DNA of 64,000 bases from an uncultured Chloroflexia bacterium (GTDB lineage Bacteria; Chloroflexota; Dehalococcoidia; DSTF01; WHTK01): the NCBI GenBank assembly GCA_963732945.1, contig CAVTBL010000017.1, positions 324,224-388,223 on the forward strand. The letters are read 5' to 3'. Below are positions 1 to 9,743 of this stretch, one piece after another (position 1 is the first letter of the stretch; each line of letters starts with the position of its first letter). The notes below the pieces were generated by a model. It made no database searches, was not told where the DNA came from, and was given only the letters and a program-made list of their open reading frames with translations. The position numbers were made by a program, and so were the translations under genes.

Positions 1-795
1 GGTTTGCATAACGTGGCTGAGCTGGAGGATTGTCGCCATCACGAGGCCCGCGGTCACGGCGGCTACGGCGAAGCCAATGAGGACTTCTTGCCAGGCAAAG
101 AACAGCATAGGAATCGCCAGATAAATCATCACGTTCACGATACGGCCCGACCAGAACAACAACCGATCGCTGTATGTCATTCGGGGATAGACGAAGGTGG
201 GCCCGCTGCGTCCCGTGAAGTACACGCGCAGGTTGTGCAGCGTCATCAGAGAAAGGGCCGATAGTCCGTATACGACGGGCCAGTAGAGGTGCTGCAGCGA
301 ATAGATCCACCGCCATGGGTCGTTAGGACTCCAGCGCATCGTGCCACTCGCCTCAAGACCCTCGTCGAGGCCGCTCACGTTCGTGAATGTGTGATGCCAG
401 ATGTTGTGCTGCTGGCGCCAAACAAAGCTGCTTATACCTATCAGCTCGGCACTGAAACCCAGGAACCGGTTGAGGCGAGGATGAGTTGAATAGGCATCAT
501 GGTTAGCATCATGCATGACGTTGAAGCCAACACCGGCAGTCGCCAGTCCGAAGGAAACGCAACACACAGCCATCAGCCACGTGGGTAGCCCACCGAACAG
601 GATCAGCGCGTACGAGAAGCACCACCAACCCAGCACGATCGCCGTCTTTCGGTACATCCCAGGGAGGCTCCGACGTCTGAGGTGGTTGAGTATGAGGTAG
701 GCATTGACCCGGTCATGGACATCGCGCCGGAACGCGCTACCATCAGGAAAATATACCTGGGTGCGGACGGGGCGAGCTTGCTTGATTACTGACAG
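1..795 (-). CDS. membrane fatty-acid desaturase (FADS-type), 3' end runs off the left edge
   Basis: Absent from the ORF track because no stop lies in the window. My minus-strand translation reads ..VYFPDGSAFRRDVHDRVNAYL..GFNVMHDANHDAY..WRQQHNIWHHTFTN.., giving the HxxxH and HxxxHH histidine boxes. An upstream in-frame stop lies at 826-828. No ATG precedes the conserved N-terminus, so the start is uncertain. Confidence 0.7.
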   Translation of the reverse strand, partial: MSVIKQARPVRTQVYFPDGSAFRRDVHDRVNAYLILNHLRRRSLPGMYRKTAIVLGWWCFSYALILFGGLPTWLMAVCCVSFGLATAGVGFNVMHDANHDAYSTHPRLNRFLGFSAELIGISSFVWRQQHNIWHHTFTNVSGLDEGLEASGTMRWSPNDPWRWIYSLQHLYWPVVYGLSALSLMTLHNLRVYFTGRSGPTFVYPRMTYSDRLLFWSGRIVNVMIYLAIPMLFFAWQEVLIGFAVAAVTAGLVMATILQLSHVMQT

Positions 796-817
796 GGTCC
801 TTCCTCCTCGCGAGGCA

Positions 818-1063
818 CTACCCCACTATTATCCACCGTGGAAAGGCACTATAAGGCAAGCTGGTCGACAGTTTCGGGCTGTTCACCCCAGTGATCTGGT
901 GGGCCTCATTCTCGACATGGGTGGCTTCGAGGGAGCCCAGCCTTCCCTTAATCCGGAATGGCTTGATGCGGCCTGCGCGTCCTACTTCATGGAAGACGCT
1001 CTGACCGCCGACTCGTAAGAATCCACCTTCACCGACAGTGAACCTCGCCGCGGTTAGTGCCAC
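818..1063 (-). CDS. hypothetical protein
   Basis: 81-aa ORF with mixed composition between the desaturase and the sigma factor. No family recognised. Confidence 0.25.
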   Translation of the reverse strand: MALTAARFTVGEGGFLRVGGQSVFHEVGRAGRIKPFRIKGRLGSLEATHVENEAHQITGVNSPKLSTSLPYSAFPRWIIVG

Positions 1064-1093
1064 GATGACCAGGTCATGTCACGTTTTCGGTCG

Positions 1094-1993
1094 CTAGGCC
1101 CTGCTTTCCTCGCCGAAGAAGCCTGCGGTGACGCGGCGAACGCGCTCGGGATCGGCGAGAGCATTGATTTCAACGATTCTACCCTGAACGATAGTAAAGC
1201 CCATCACAGCGAACGGCCTCCCATCGAGGGTGATCACCATACCTGCCGCACCATTCACAAGTGCGGCGTGCAGTTGCGCCTTCGGGAATGCCGTGAGCAT
1301 GGCCTGCATGGCGACCTCCTGTGCACCCCGAGCTGCTCTCGATAGCGCTGGACGCCAGGCCCCAAAGTCGGCTCGTGCCACGACTTCTGGATCGAGCACG
1401 GCGACCAGGGCCTCGAAGTCGCCACCACGCGCCGCTCGAAAAAAAGCGTCGACGACTTCTCGCTGGCGTTTGAGATCGGTGTCCGTGGGCTGGAGTTCGA
1501 CACCCCTCACACGGCGGCGAGCTCGGCTTGCCAGTTGCCTGGCAGCGTCCGGCGATCTTCCGACCATCGTGGCGATTTCCTCGAACGGCAGGTCAAACAT
1601 GTCGTGAAGCACGAAGGCGAGCCGCTCCGCAGGGCTCAGCGTATCGAGCACGACCAGCAGAGCGAGGCCGACTGAGTCGGCCATTAGCGCTTCCTCTTCG
1701 GGCTGAAGCGCCGGTTCGTGGCTGATAACCGGATCCGGGATGTGAGCGTCGAGGGATGTCTCACGCCGTACGTTGCGGGACCGCAGTATGTTCAGGCAGA
1801 CGCGGGAAATGATCGTTGTGAACCATCCACCAAGGTTCTCGATCTCGCCTGCGCCTGCGCGGCTGACCCGCAGCCACGTGTCCTGAACGGCGTCGTCTGC
1901 CTCGGCGAGTGAACCAAGCATTCGATAGGCAACCGCCTGAAGACGGGGCCTCTGCTCCTCGAAGCGGTCTGCGAGCCACAGTTCTTCAGCCAT
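1094..1993 (-). CDS. ECF sigma factor, SigJ/ECF41-like, with C-terminal SnoaL-like extension
   Basis: MAEELWLADRFEEQRPRLQAVAYRMLGSLAEADDAVQDTWLR.. covers sigma-70 regions 2 and 4, followed by a roughly 100-aa NTF2-like tail. I prefer the MAEEL start at 1993 over the ORF-track start at 2026. Confidence 0.85.
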   Translation of the reverse strand: MAEELWLADRFEEQRPRLQAVAYRMLGSLAEADDAVQDTWLRVSRAGAGEIENLGGWFTTIISRVCLNILRSRNVRRETSLDAHIPDPVISHEPALQPEEEALMADSVGLALLVVLDTLSPAERLAFVLHDMFDLPFEEIATMVGRSPDAARQLASRARRRVRGVELQPTDTDLKRQREVVDAFFRAARGGDFEALVAVLDPEVVARADFGAWRPALSRAARGAQEVAMQAMLTAFPKAQLHAALVNGAAGMVITLDGRPFAVMGFTIVQGRIVEINALADPERVRRVTAGFFGEESRA

Positions 1994-2187
1994 CGTCACA
2001 CGTCCTCTCGTCAAAGGGTGCCACATCCCTTGACCCCTTAACGGCCTCAGATGTGACAGAGGGCTTACAGCGTGGCATCTACTACCGATGTCACGTTCTT
2101 GCCTGGCAGCGGGTCATAAGACCAAGAGCAACAGGATCAGAGTCGTTCACCAAGACGCGAGGCCCTGATCCACGAAAGGAGAACAGC

Positions 2188-3171
2188 ATGCGAGTCTTCG
2201 TAGCAGGTGCGAGCGGTGCCATCGGGAGGCAACTGGTACCTCAGCTCATAGAAAAAGGACATCAGGTGATCGGCACCTACAGAAACCCTGGTAAGGCTGA
2301 CGCCCTCAGAGCGCTGGGAGCAGAGCCCGTCCAGCTCGATCTGCTTGACCGCGACGCGGTGTCCAAAACCGTCCTCAAGGCCGCGCCGGATGCGATCGTC
2401 CACCAGGCCACCTCGCTATCGAACTTGAGCGACTTCAAGCACTTCGACCGCAGCTTCGCGCTGACCAATCGACTTCGGACCGAGGGCACTGACGCGCTCC
2501 TGACGGCTGCACATGACGCGGGCGTCCGACGCTTCGTTGCGCAGAGCTTCGCCAGCCCTCGCTACATACGCGAAGGCGGGCCGGTCAAAACCGAGGACGA
2601 CCCGGTTGACCCCCATCCTGTACCGGCAATGCGAGAGAGTTATGCGGCGATGCGGCATCTGGATAAGGTGGTTCCCGAGGCCGGTGGCATCATCCTCCGC
2701 TACGGTGGCTTCTACGGCGACGCCACCGATGCGTTGCCCGGTCCCGTTCGCAAACGGCAGTTTCCTATCGTCGGCAATGGGGAGGGCGTCACGTCTTTCA
2801 TTCATCTGTACGACGCGGCGGCGGCGACGGTAATGGCCCTCGATTATGACGGCCCCGGCATCTACAACGTCGTCGATGACGAGCCCGCCCCGGTGCGCGA
2901 GTGGTTGCCATTTCTCGCGAGCCTTCTTGGCGCAAAACCGCCGTGGCACGTCCCGGCCTGGCTGGCCAAGCTCTTTGTCGGCGACGCCGGCGTCATGATG
3001 GCCACAACATCACGCGGCGCCTCGAACGCCAAAGCGAAACAGCAACTCGGCTGGACTCCGCGCTACGCGACCTGGCGCCAGGGTTTCGCCGCCGCCTATA
3101 GCACGTCAAGCGTTGCTGACGCACGGCGCAGCCCAGGCTCTGCCACTCGAACGACTCACTCCTCAACCTGA
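2188..3171 (+). CDS. NAD-dependent epimerase/dehydratase family protein
   Basis: MRVFVAGASGAIGRQLV.. is a Rossmann GxxGxxG motif. ATG at 2188 follows AAAGGAG. The ORF-track start at 1909 would add an implausible 93-aa leader overlapping the sigma gene. Confidence 0.85.
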   Translation: MRVFVAGASGAIGRQLVPQLIEKGHQVIGTYRNPGKADALRALGAEPVQLDLLDRDAVSKTVLKAAPDAIVHQATSLSNLSDFKHFDRSFALTNRLRTEGTDALLTAAHDAGVRRFVAQSFASPRYIREGGPVKTEDDPVDPHPVPAMRESYAAMRHLDKVVPEAGGIILRYGGFYGDATDALPGPVRKRQFPIVGNGEGVTSFIHLYDAAAATVMALDYDGPGIYNVVDDEPAPVREWLPFLASLLGAKPPWHVPAWLAKLFVGDAGVMMATTSRGASNAKAKQQLGWTPRYATWRQGFAAAYSTSSVADARRSPGSATRTTHSST

Positions 3172-3205
3172 GCAGCTTCCGAGGACTCCAAGCAGGAGAT
3201 AGACT

Positions 3206-3499
3206 ATGTCAAGTAAGCAGCACCTCTCCCAACCGACCATTCTGCCGGCCGTGACCAATACAGCCACGCTGGACTATCGAACTGAGACCGACAAGATCGA
3301 CGAGACGCGCCAGTTCGTTCAACGGGCACTGCTCGACTTTGGTCTTCTGGACGCGTTCGAGCATCGGTCGGTCGGGAAGAAGGAGGGATGCCTGCGATGG
3401 ATAGCAGCCGCTCCAAATCGCAGCGAGGAAGAAGATCGAGTCTCCCGTCTACTTGATGCTCTCGCGAGCGGCGGCCCTTTAGGGCCGCAACGACGTTAA
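3206..3499 (+). CDS. YdeI/OmpD-associated-like small protein
   Basis: C-terminal ..CLRWIAAAPNRSEEEDRVSRLLDALASG resembles the YdeI-family WI..AK..eTR..Ri motif. Recognised from memory only. Confidence 0.45.
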   Translation: MSSKQHLSQPTILPAVTNTATLDYRTETDKIDETRQFVQRALLDFGLLDAFEHRSVGKKEGCLRWIAAAPNRSEEEDRVSRLLDALASGGPLGPQRR

Positions 3500-3789
3500 G
3501 GTGCGCGAGGGCCGACAATTGGGCGACCGGCTTCTGGTTCTCCGACTACGGCATGTCAAGAAGCAGCGGCTTCTCAGGGGAACTACTATGACCACGCCGT
3601 GTGGCACTTTGTCATTTGTACCGGCGAAAGAAGCCATGGATGGAAGACGACGTCTCGCGCTGATCCCTCCATTCGCTCGGAGCGAAACTCTACGAGGTGG
3701 TCTGCTGACGACTACTGTTCGTTGGACAGGTGCTCAGTGGGCGCTGTAGAGGATGTTCGGGACCGCGAAACGCGACGGCGAAGTCAACT

Positions 3790-4191
3790 TCAGTCCGTAA
3801 GCTCATGCCACTTCGGAGTGTAAGCAACCTCCCACTGAAACCCGTCGGGGTCGGCGAAGTAGCCGATGCGGCCGACGCTACCGGTGTCAGCCGGCAAGAT
3901 GATGCTGCCGCCGAGAGCTACAGCCTGACCGAGAATCGCGTCTACTTCCTCTGCCGTCGTCACGTTGTGCGACAGGCAAAAGCCGGGATAGCCGTTGCCT
4001 TCTGGCGAGGTTCCGGAAAGTGCCGCCAGCCGGTCGCGCGGGAATAGAGCCAGCCAGGACCACTCGAGGGCGAAGAAGACGGCTCTTTCGCTGCTCTCGG
4101 GACGGGCTTCGAAGCCCATGCCTTCGTAGAAAGCTCTTGACCGCGCGAGGTCTGAGACTCCGAGATTACAGACGCTGATGCGTGGGCGCAT
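3790..4191 (-). CDS. VOC family (glyoxalase/bleomycin-resistance fold) protein
   Basis: MRPRISVCNLGVSDLARSRAFYEGMGFE...GYFADPDGFQWEV are typical VOC motifs. Confidence 0.85.
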   Translation of the reverse strand: MRPRISVCNLGVSDLARSRAFYEGMGFEARPESSERAVFFALEWSWLALFPRDRLAALSGTSPEGNGYPGFCLSHNVTTAEEVDAILGQAVALGGSIILPADTGSVGRIGYFADPDGFQWEVAYTPKWHELTD

Positions 4192-4226
4192 GCCATGCCT
4201 TTCTAGAACTGGAGGATGCCGGTCGC

Positions 4227-5195
4227 CTAGCGCGATCCGCGCAAGCGCGGGTCAAGGATGTCACGCAGTGTGTCGCCAAGAAAGTTCGCTCCCATAACCG
4301 TCAGAGTCAAGGCAATGCCCGGGCCGAGCATGACCCACGGTGCCGTCAGGAAGTAGTCGCGGTTGCGCCCAGAGAGGTCAGTGCCCCACGAAGCCGTGCC
4401 AATTGACACTCCGTAGCCTAGAAACGAGATCCCGGCCTCGAGCAAGATGATGAAGCCGATGAGTGAGCTGAACGTAACGATTACGTATGGGAATACGTTG
4501 GGCAGGATGTGCCTGAACATGATGCGCGTCGAGCCGGCGCCGATCGTCTGGGCGGCTTCGATGTAGGGCAGGTTGCGCTCTTTCAAGACGGCAGCGCGGA
4601 TCACGCGCATGACGCCAAACACCAGGCCGATGCCGATTGCAAGTGAAAGCGTGCGCAGGTCCCAGATGAGCACCAGGATGTTCCCCTCGCGCGCTCCGGA
4701 TGGCCTGCCAAGCGCCGCGACGATCATCAGAACCAGGATAAGTCCCGGGAAAGACGCCAACACCTCCATTGCGCGCTGGACGATCAGGTCCATCCAGCCA
4801 CCGAAGTAGGCAGATACGATGCCCAGCACGGTGCCTACGCCCACGCCCAACACTGTCGACGACAGAGCGACCGCGATGGAGACCTGCGCACCGTAGATCG
4901 TCCTGGAGAGCACGTCTTGCCCCAGCGTGTTGGTACCAAAGATGAAGGTGCTGTTCGGCGACAAGAGGCGCCCACCAACGAAATCGTTGGGATGGTAAGG
5001 CGCGAGGAGTGGCGCCAGCAATGCGAGCAGAATCGCAGCGAAAATCACGAGGGCGCCGAAGACTCCTAGAGGGCGCCGCCGCCAGGGAGCCCAGGCGGAA
5101 GCCAGGGATTGGCGTAGCGACGCGACCTCGAGGGGCGCGAATGAGAGAGCGCTGTCGTCGAGTACTGAGCCGCCTGAACCCATCTCCCTTGCCAT
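4227..5195 (-). CDS. ABC transporter permease (DppC/OppC-like)
   Basis: Multi-TM protein with a binding-protein-dependent transport signature (..IEAAQTIGAGSTRIMFRHILPN..). Confidence 0.9.
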   Translation of the reverse strand: MAREMGSGGSVLDDSALSFAPLEVASLRQSLASAWAPWRRRPLGVFGALVIFAAILLALLAPLLAPYHPNDFVGGRLLSPNSTFIFGTNTLGQDVLSRTIYGAQVSIAVALSSTVLGVGVGTVLGIVSAYFGGWMDLIVQRAMEVLASFPGLILVLMIVAALGRPSGAREGNILVLIWDLRTLSLAIGIGLVFGVMRVIRAAVLKERNLPYIEAAQTIGAGSTRIMFRHILPNVFPYVIVTFSSLIGFIILLEAGISFLGYGVSIGTASWGTDLSGRNRDYFLTAPWVMLGPGIALTLTVMGANFLGDTLRDILDPRLRGSR

Positions 5196-5207
5196 CTGTG
5201 TACCTGC

Positions 5208-6152
5208 CTAAATGACGCGAATGCGGGGGTCAATCAGCGCGTAAGTGAGATCGATGATCAGGTTGATGCTCATCAGCACCACCGCCGTGTACATCGAAAC
5301 GAGCATCACGACCGGGATATCCTTGTTTTGAATCGCGTCGAGAGTCCAGGCACCAAGGCCCGGGAGTCCCATCACCTTCTCGAGAATGACCGAACCGCTA
5401 AGAAGGCCCCCGAGCTGCAGACCCGCTAGCGTCAGCACGGGAGGCAGAGCATTGCGGAAGGCGTGTCGCATAGTAATGACCCGCTCGTTGAGGCCCTTGG
5501 AGCGTGCCGTGCGGATGTAATCCTGGCGCAGAACCTCAAGGAATCCGGAACGTGTGAAGCGCATCAGCACGGCAGAGCTGCTGAGAGCCAGAAGCAGTGT
5601 CGGCGGCACGAAGAGCCGCAGGTTGTCGATTGGGCTGTCGAACGGGTTCGTCGCGCCGAATGGCGGTGCATACCCGAAATAGCGCGCGGGTACGATCAGC
5701 AGCAGCGTGAGGATGAGGAAATTCGGTACCGCAAGGCCGAAGATTGCAAAGACGCGCACCAACATGTCGGTGAGTGAGTCCTGCTTCAGCGCGGAAATGA
5801 TGCCTGCCGATATGCCAAACATGAGCGTGAAGGCAAAGCTCAGAACTACTATCTCCAACGTGATTGGGAGGCGTGAAAAGAACGTCGAAGTGACACTGGT
5901 ATGACTCCAGAGCGACTTGCCAAAATCGCCCCGGAGGAAGCCACCGGCCCAGCGGGTGTACTGCTCGAACCAGGAGCCGTTGAGGCCGTGAACCTCTCGG
6001 AAGCGTTCCAGGTTCTCGGGGCTCGCCTCCTGGCCGAGGATGTTGGCAGCAGCATCGCCGGGCACCAGGCGCAACAACGTGAATACAAAGACGGACACCA
6101 GGAACAGGTTCAGCACGAAGCCGGCCATGCGCCTGGTAAGGTACGAACTCAC
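5208..6152 (-). CDS. ABC transporter permease (DppB/OppB-like)
   Basis: MSSYLTRRMAGFVLNLF.. and ..DYIRTARSKGLNERVITMRHAFRNALPPV.. form the EAA-loop motif. Confidence 0.9.
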   Translation of the reverse strand: MSSYLTRRMAGFVLNLFLVSVFVFTLLRLVPGDAAANILGQEASPENLERFREVHGLNGSWFEQYTRWAGGFLRGDFGKSLWSHTSVTSTFFSRLPITLEIVVLSFAFTLMFGISAGIISALKQDSLTDMLVRVFAIFGLAVPNFLILTLLLIVPARYFGYAPPFGATNPFDSPIDNLRLFVPPTLLLALSSSAVLMRFTRSGFLEVLRQDYIRTARSKGLNERVITMRHAFRNALPPVLTLAGLQLGGLLSGSVILEKVMGLPGLGAWTLDAIQNKDIPVVMLVSMYTAVVLMSINLIIDLTYALIDPRIRVI

Positions 6153-6281
6153 GTTCGAGTCTCCATTACGCCGTGCTCATCTCCTGATTCGATTCGTCCT
6201 GCTACCGGGCTGAAAGAGACGGAGGGACGAACAAGGATCCGCCGGTAAAAGCGAGTCGGAGTTCGTCCCTGGTCCGCTTTA

Positions 6282-8014
6282 CTAGGCCAGCCAGGCGTCG
6301 GCGCGGTGCATCGTCGTATTGGACGACTCGATTTCCATGTTGCGCACCTTGCTGTTGACCAGCACCTGGTTATACGGCGTGACGATGTTGTAGTACGGCG
6401 TGTAGCGCTTCAGCAGTTCCATCTGGATATCGCGCACGAGCTTCGCGTTCTCTTCGAAGTTGACCGTCTGCTCGGCCTTTTCGATCATCGCGTCGATTTC
6501 GGGTAGGCCGAGCGCTGTACCGCCGAACGCCAGGTTGCTGACGCTGTGGTTCTGTCGCAGCGGCGCCTGAGGGCTGTCGTATTGGGGATGGCTGCCGTGG
6601 AACAGGTCGTACTCACCGCGGTTGCTGCGAGGCAAGAACTCACCGGCATTCACAACTTCGATACGCAGCTTGAGGCCGACCTTGGCCCACTGTTGCTTGA
6701 GGATCTCGGCACCGGACTGATTCTGCGTGCCGATGATCTCGCAGACGATTTCCCGGTTGTAATCCCAGCCGACGGCATCGAGTAACTTCTTGGCCTCGGA
6801 CGGGTCCTGCTTGAAAAACTGATCCGTGTCCTTGGGATCGAGGAGGTACTCCTTCGCCTGCCCCATGGCAAGGACGCCGGAAGTGGCTACAGCGGCGCCG
6901 CTGTAGCGCAGATCGATCATCTGCTGCTTGTCCGTGAGCCGGTAGGCAGCCTGGCGCATGCGGATGTCGTTGGGATCGGACCAGGGTCCGCGGCCCTTCT
7001 GCATGCCGAAGTTCCAGGTGTAAGGCGCCAGGCCGATCCATTCGACCGGAGTAGCCAGGCTTCCCATGGCCGTGGCAGTTTCCTTGAAGGCACCGGCAGC
7101 CGGCGTGTAGTAGTGCACCTGCTCGCTACGGAACGCCGCCTGGCGCGGAGCGTCATCCGTCAGATTGAACACGTCCGTGGCGTCGTGGAAAGGCAGCGTG
7201 CCGGGCTTGCCGCGGCCGTGGTACTTATCGAACTGGTGTAGTGGTAGCGGCTGCTGATCACCCAGTCGGCGAGCTGGAACGGGCCGCTCCCAACCTGCCG
7301 GGCAGTCGCCAGGTTGTCGAACGTCTCCGGCGGGATGATTGCCTGGGGACCGGGATGGCCCAGCAGGCGTGAGGTGAACAGATAGGCAGTCGGAGCCTTC
7401 AGATGGTAGATGACGGTGTTGTCGTCGGGCGCCTCGGCCTTGTCGAGGATGGTGTTCTGGAATGAGTTCTCGGCGCCGGTCAGCGTCTTCACGTGATTCT
7501 GGACGGCGACTACGTCGGCCGCCTTTACGGCACGGCCGTTAACCGGGGCGATGTTGTGATAGACCATGCCCGGGCGTAGCTTGAAGCGAATCGTCAGGTC
7601 GTCGGGCTGCTCCAGCGCTTCTGCGGCCTCGAGGACGTAGGGAGCGTTGGCGTTGCTGCGACTCGAGATCATGTGGTCGTAGACGTACTGACCGCCGTAG
7701 CCGGCGTATTCGAGGGCGTTCGTCAAGATGTCGAGGTTAGGTGAGTCCGAATAGATGTAGCCAATGGTGCCTTTTGTGGCGCCGGACGGCAGTCCTTTGG
7801 CGAGATATCCGTCCGTGATTCCCTTGATGTTGGCTCCCGAGCTACCGCCGGAGCCGCCCGAGCCCGAGCTGCCGCCAGTGCTGCTGTTGCTCTTGGAACC
7901 ACCTCCGCCGCACGCGGCCAGGAACGCCGCCGCTCCCGTGGCAGCCCCCGTTGCGGCGATGGCGCGTCGCCTGGACAGCCTTCTGTTGAGGATGCTTTGC
8001 CAGTAGTCCTGCAT
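6282..8014 (-). pseudogene. family-5 ABC substrate-binding lipoprotein, frame-disrupted
   Basis: The N-terminal piece (7160..8014) has a Tat-like RRRAIAATGAA, an AACGGG lipobox and a Ser/Gly linker. The C-terminal piece (6282..7172) is in another frame. The join ..SSRYHYT / FDKYHGRGKPGTLPF.. implies a 1-nt indel near 7233-7240. Confidence 0.8.
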
Positions 8015-8051
8015 TGTCGTGCCTCCTGTCCTTCCTGGTGCTACGGGGTTC

Positions 8052-8540
8052 CTACCTGAGGTCGCTGGCCCGAGCGCGCTCTGTCTCGTAGATCTCCTGG
8101 TCGCCTACATGTCCGCTTGCGCCACGCTTTGCCGAGAGGTTGGGCTTGCCGTCGTTGCGCACGGTTGGCATCTCGTCCGAGTCGTGCAACTGGCGCGCGT
8201 GGACGGACTCGAGGTGCTCCATCTCCGTGATGTCCGAGAGCTCGCCTCGAGTGGGCGCCTTCGGAGGAACGGGCTTGTAGAGCTCCGGGTGCTGGAATGC
8301 CGGCACGCCGCCGGTGTTCATCTGCTTCACCGCTTTGCCGAGGTGCCAGTACGTACCAGTGTCCGGAAGCCGCCGTGGTAAACCTTCGCGCACGGTCAAA
8401 GCTAGAAACGAAGTCGGCATAATGCGCTCGCTCTCGCGGTCACAGAGCGGGCACGGCGCTGGCTCGGACGACTCCCGAATCGAGCGGCGCTGCTCGAAGA
8501 CTCCATCACACTGGTCGCAGAAGTATTCATAGAGCGGCAT
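8052..8540 (-). CDS. FmdB-family zinc-ribbon protein with long C-terminal extension
   Basis: MPLYEYFCDQCDGVFE...CPLCD gives the CxxC...CxxC ribbon. It sits directly upstream of the binding-protein gene. Confidence 0.75.
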   Translation of the reverse strand: MPLYEYFCDQCDGVFEQRRSIRESSEPAPCPLCDRESERIMPTSFLALTVREGLPRRLPDTGTYWHLGKAVKQMNTGGVPAFQHPELYKPVPPKAPTRGELSDITEMEHLESVHARQLHDSDEMPTVRNDGKPNLSAKRGASGHVGDQEIYETERARASDLR

Positions 8541-8597
8541 GTCAGTGCGCTGCCTCTGACGTCAGTGTGTCGGCTCCGGCCGGAGCCACGTGTGGCA

Positions 8598-9524
8598 TTA
8601 CGTCTTACCTTCCTTTCCGTTGACGGCCGGCTCTGGTTCGCGGCTCCCCCAGGTAATCGCCTGATCGGGCCGTTGCAGCGACGCCACCAGCCTTGCCTTC
8701 GCGGCTTCGTACTGCTGGTTGTACTCGGCGACGCCCTCGGTAAAGATCGGGCCAACGACATAGCGCAGGTCACGCTGTCCGGCGGGCGTATTGACGATGC
8801 TCAGGACAGCGTCTGCGATTTCCTGAATGTCGGGTAGCCGGTAGTCCGGCGACGGCTCGACCGCGCGCCTCCCGGCTGCGCCCCGAGCGGCGTAGGCGCG
8901 TGCGACCTCTTCGTTAGCGGGGAGCATGGCGCGGCTCACAGCCGGCGTCGGGAAGGATCCGGGCTCCAGGATCACGACGTCGATGCCGAACGGCGCGACC
9001 TGATAGTGGAGGCTCTCGGCAAGGCCTTCGAGAGCCCACTTGGAGGCCGGGTACAGCCCACCGCCGCCGGGCAAGATGCGTCCCAGTGTGCTGGATACGT
9101 GCAGCAGCAGTCCGGAGCCACGCTGTCGCATTTGCGGTAAGACCGCCCGATCGACGCGTATTGGACCGAAGGCGTTGACGTTGAACAGCTGGTAAACCTG
9201 CGCGCTGTCGAAAGCCTCGAGCGGGCCACCGGCCGCGATGCCGGCGTTGTTCACCACAACGTCGATGGAGCCGGCCATGCGCAGAATCGACGCCACGGCA
9301 GCGCTGACCGACGCGTCGTCTGCCACGTCCATGTCCAGCACATTCACCGAGACGCCGGCGTCTTTTGCCCAGTCATCCAGGTTGGCAGCAGCTTCGAGAT
9401 TGCGGCCCCGCGAATCCCGCATCGTGGCGAAGACGCGATAGCCCCCGCGCGCGAGCGTCCGCACGATCACGTCGCCGAAGCCGCTGCTGCAGCCGGTGAC
9501 GAGGACGGAGGACGCTTCTGCCAT
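8598..9524 (-). CDS. SDR family oxidoreductase
   Basis: MAEASSVLVTGCSSGFG.. (TGxxxGxG), NNAG, and YPASKWALE (YxxxK). I prefer the start at 9524 over the ORF-track start at 9647. Confidence 0.85.
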   Translation of the reverse strand: MAEASSVLVTGCSSGFGDVIVRTLARGGYRVFATMRDSRGRNLEAAANLDDWAKDAGVSVNVLDMDVADDASVSAAVASILRMAGSIDVVVNNAGIAAGGPLEAFDSAQVYQLFNVNAFGPIRVDRAVLPQMRQRGSGLLLHVSSTLGRILPGGGGLYPASKWALEGLAESLHYQVAPFGIDVVILEPGSFPTPAVSRAMLPANEEVARAYAARGAAGRRAVEPSPDYRLPDIQEIADAVLSIVNTPAGQRDLRYVVGPIFTEGVAEYNQQYEAAKARLVASLQRPDQAITWGSREPEPAVNGKEGKT

Positions 9525-9743
9525 TCTGTCGTTCGACAAGTCTTTTTCCGCCCCTTTGTCGAAATCGGCGTCTCTACCACGTGGTTGAAGTCTTGACCGC
9601 GTGGATAGTGACGGCAGTAAACTACGGGCGGTTCCGTCGCCTGTCAATAGGCGTAGATCGCGGAAAGCATGAAATTTGTTTATGAACTAACGCGGCGCTG
9701 AGCTATTAGCCGCTGAACTAGAAAGACCTGGCCAAGAGATTCG

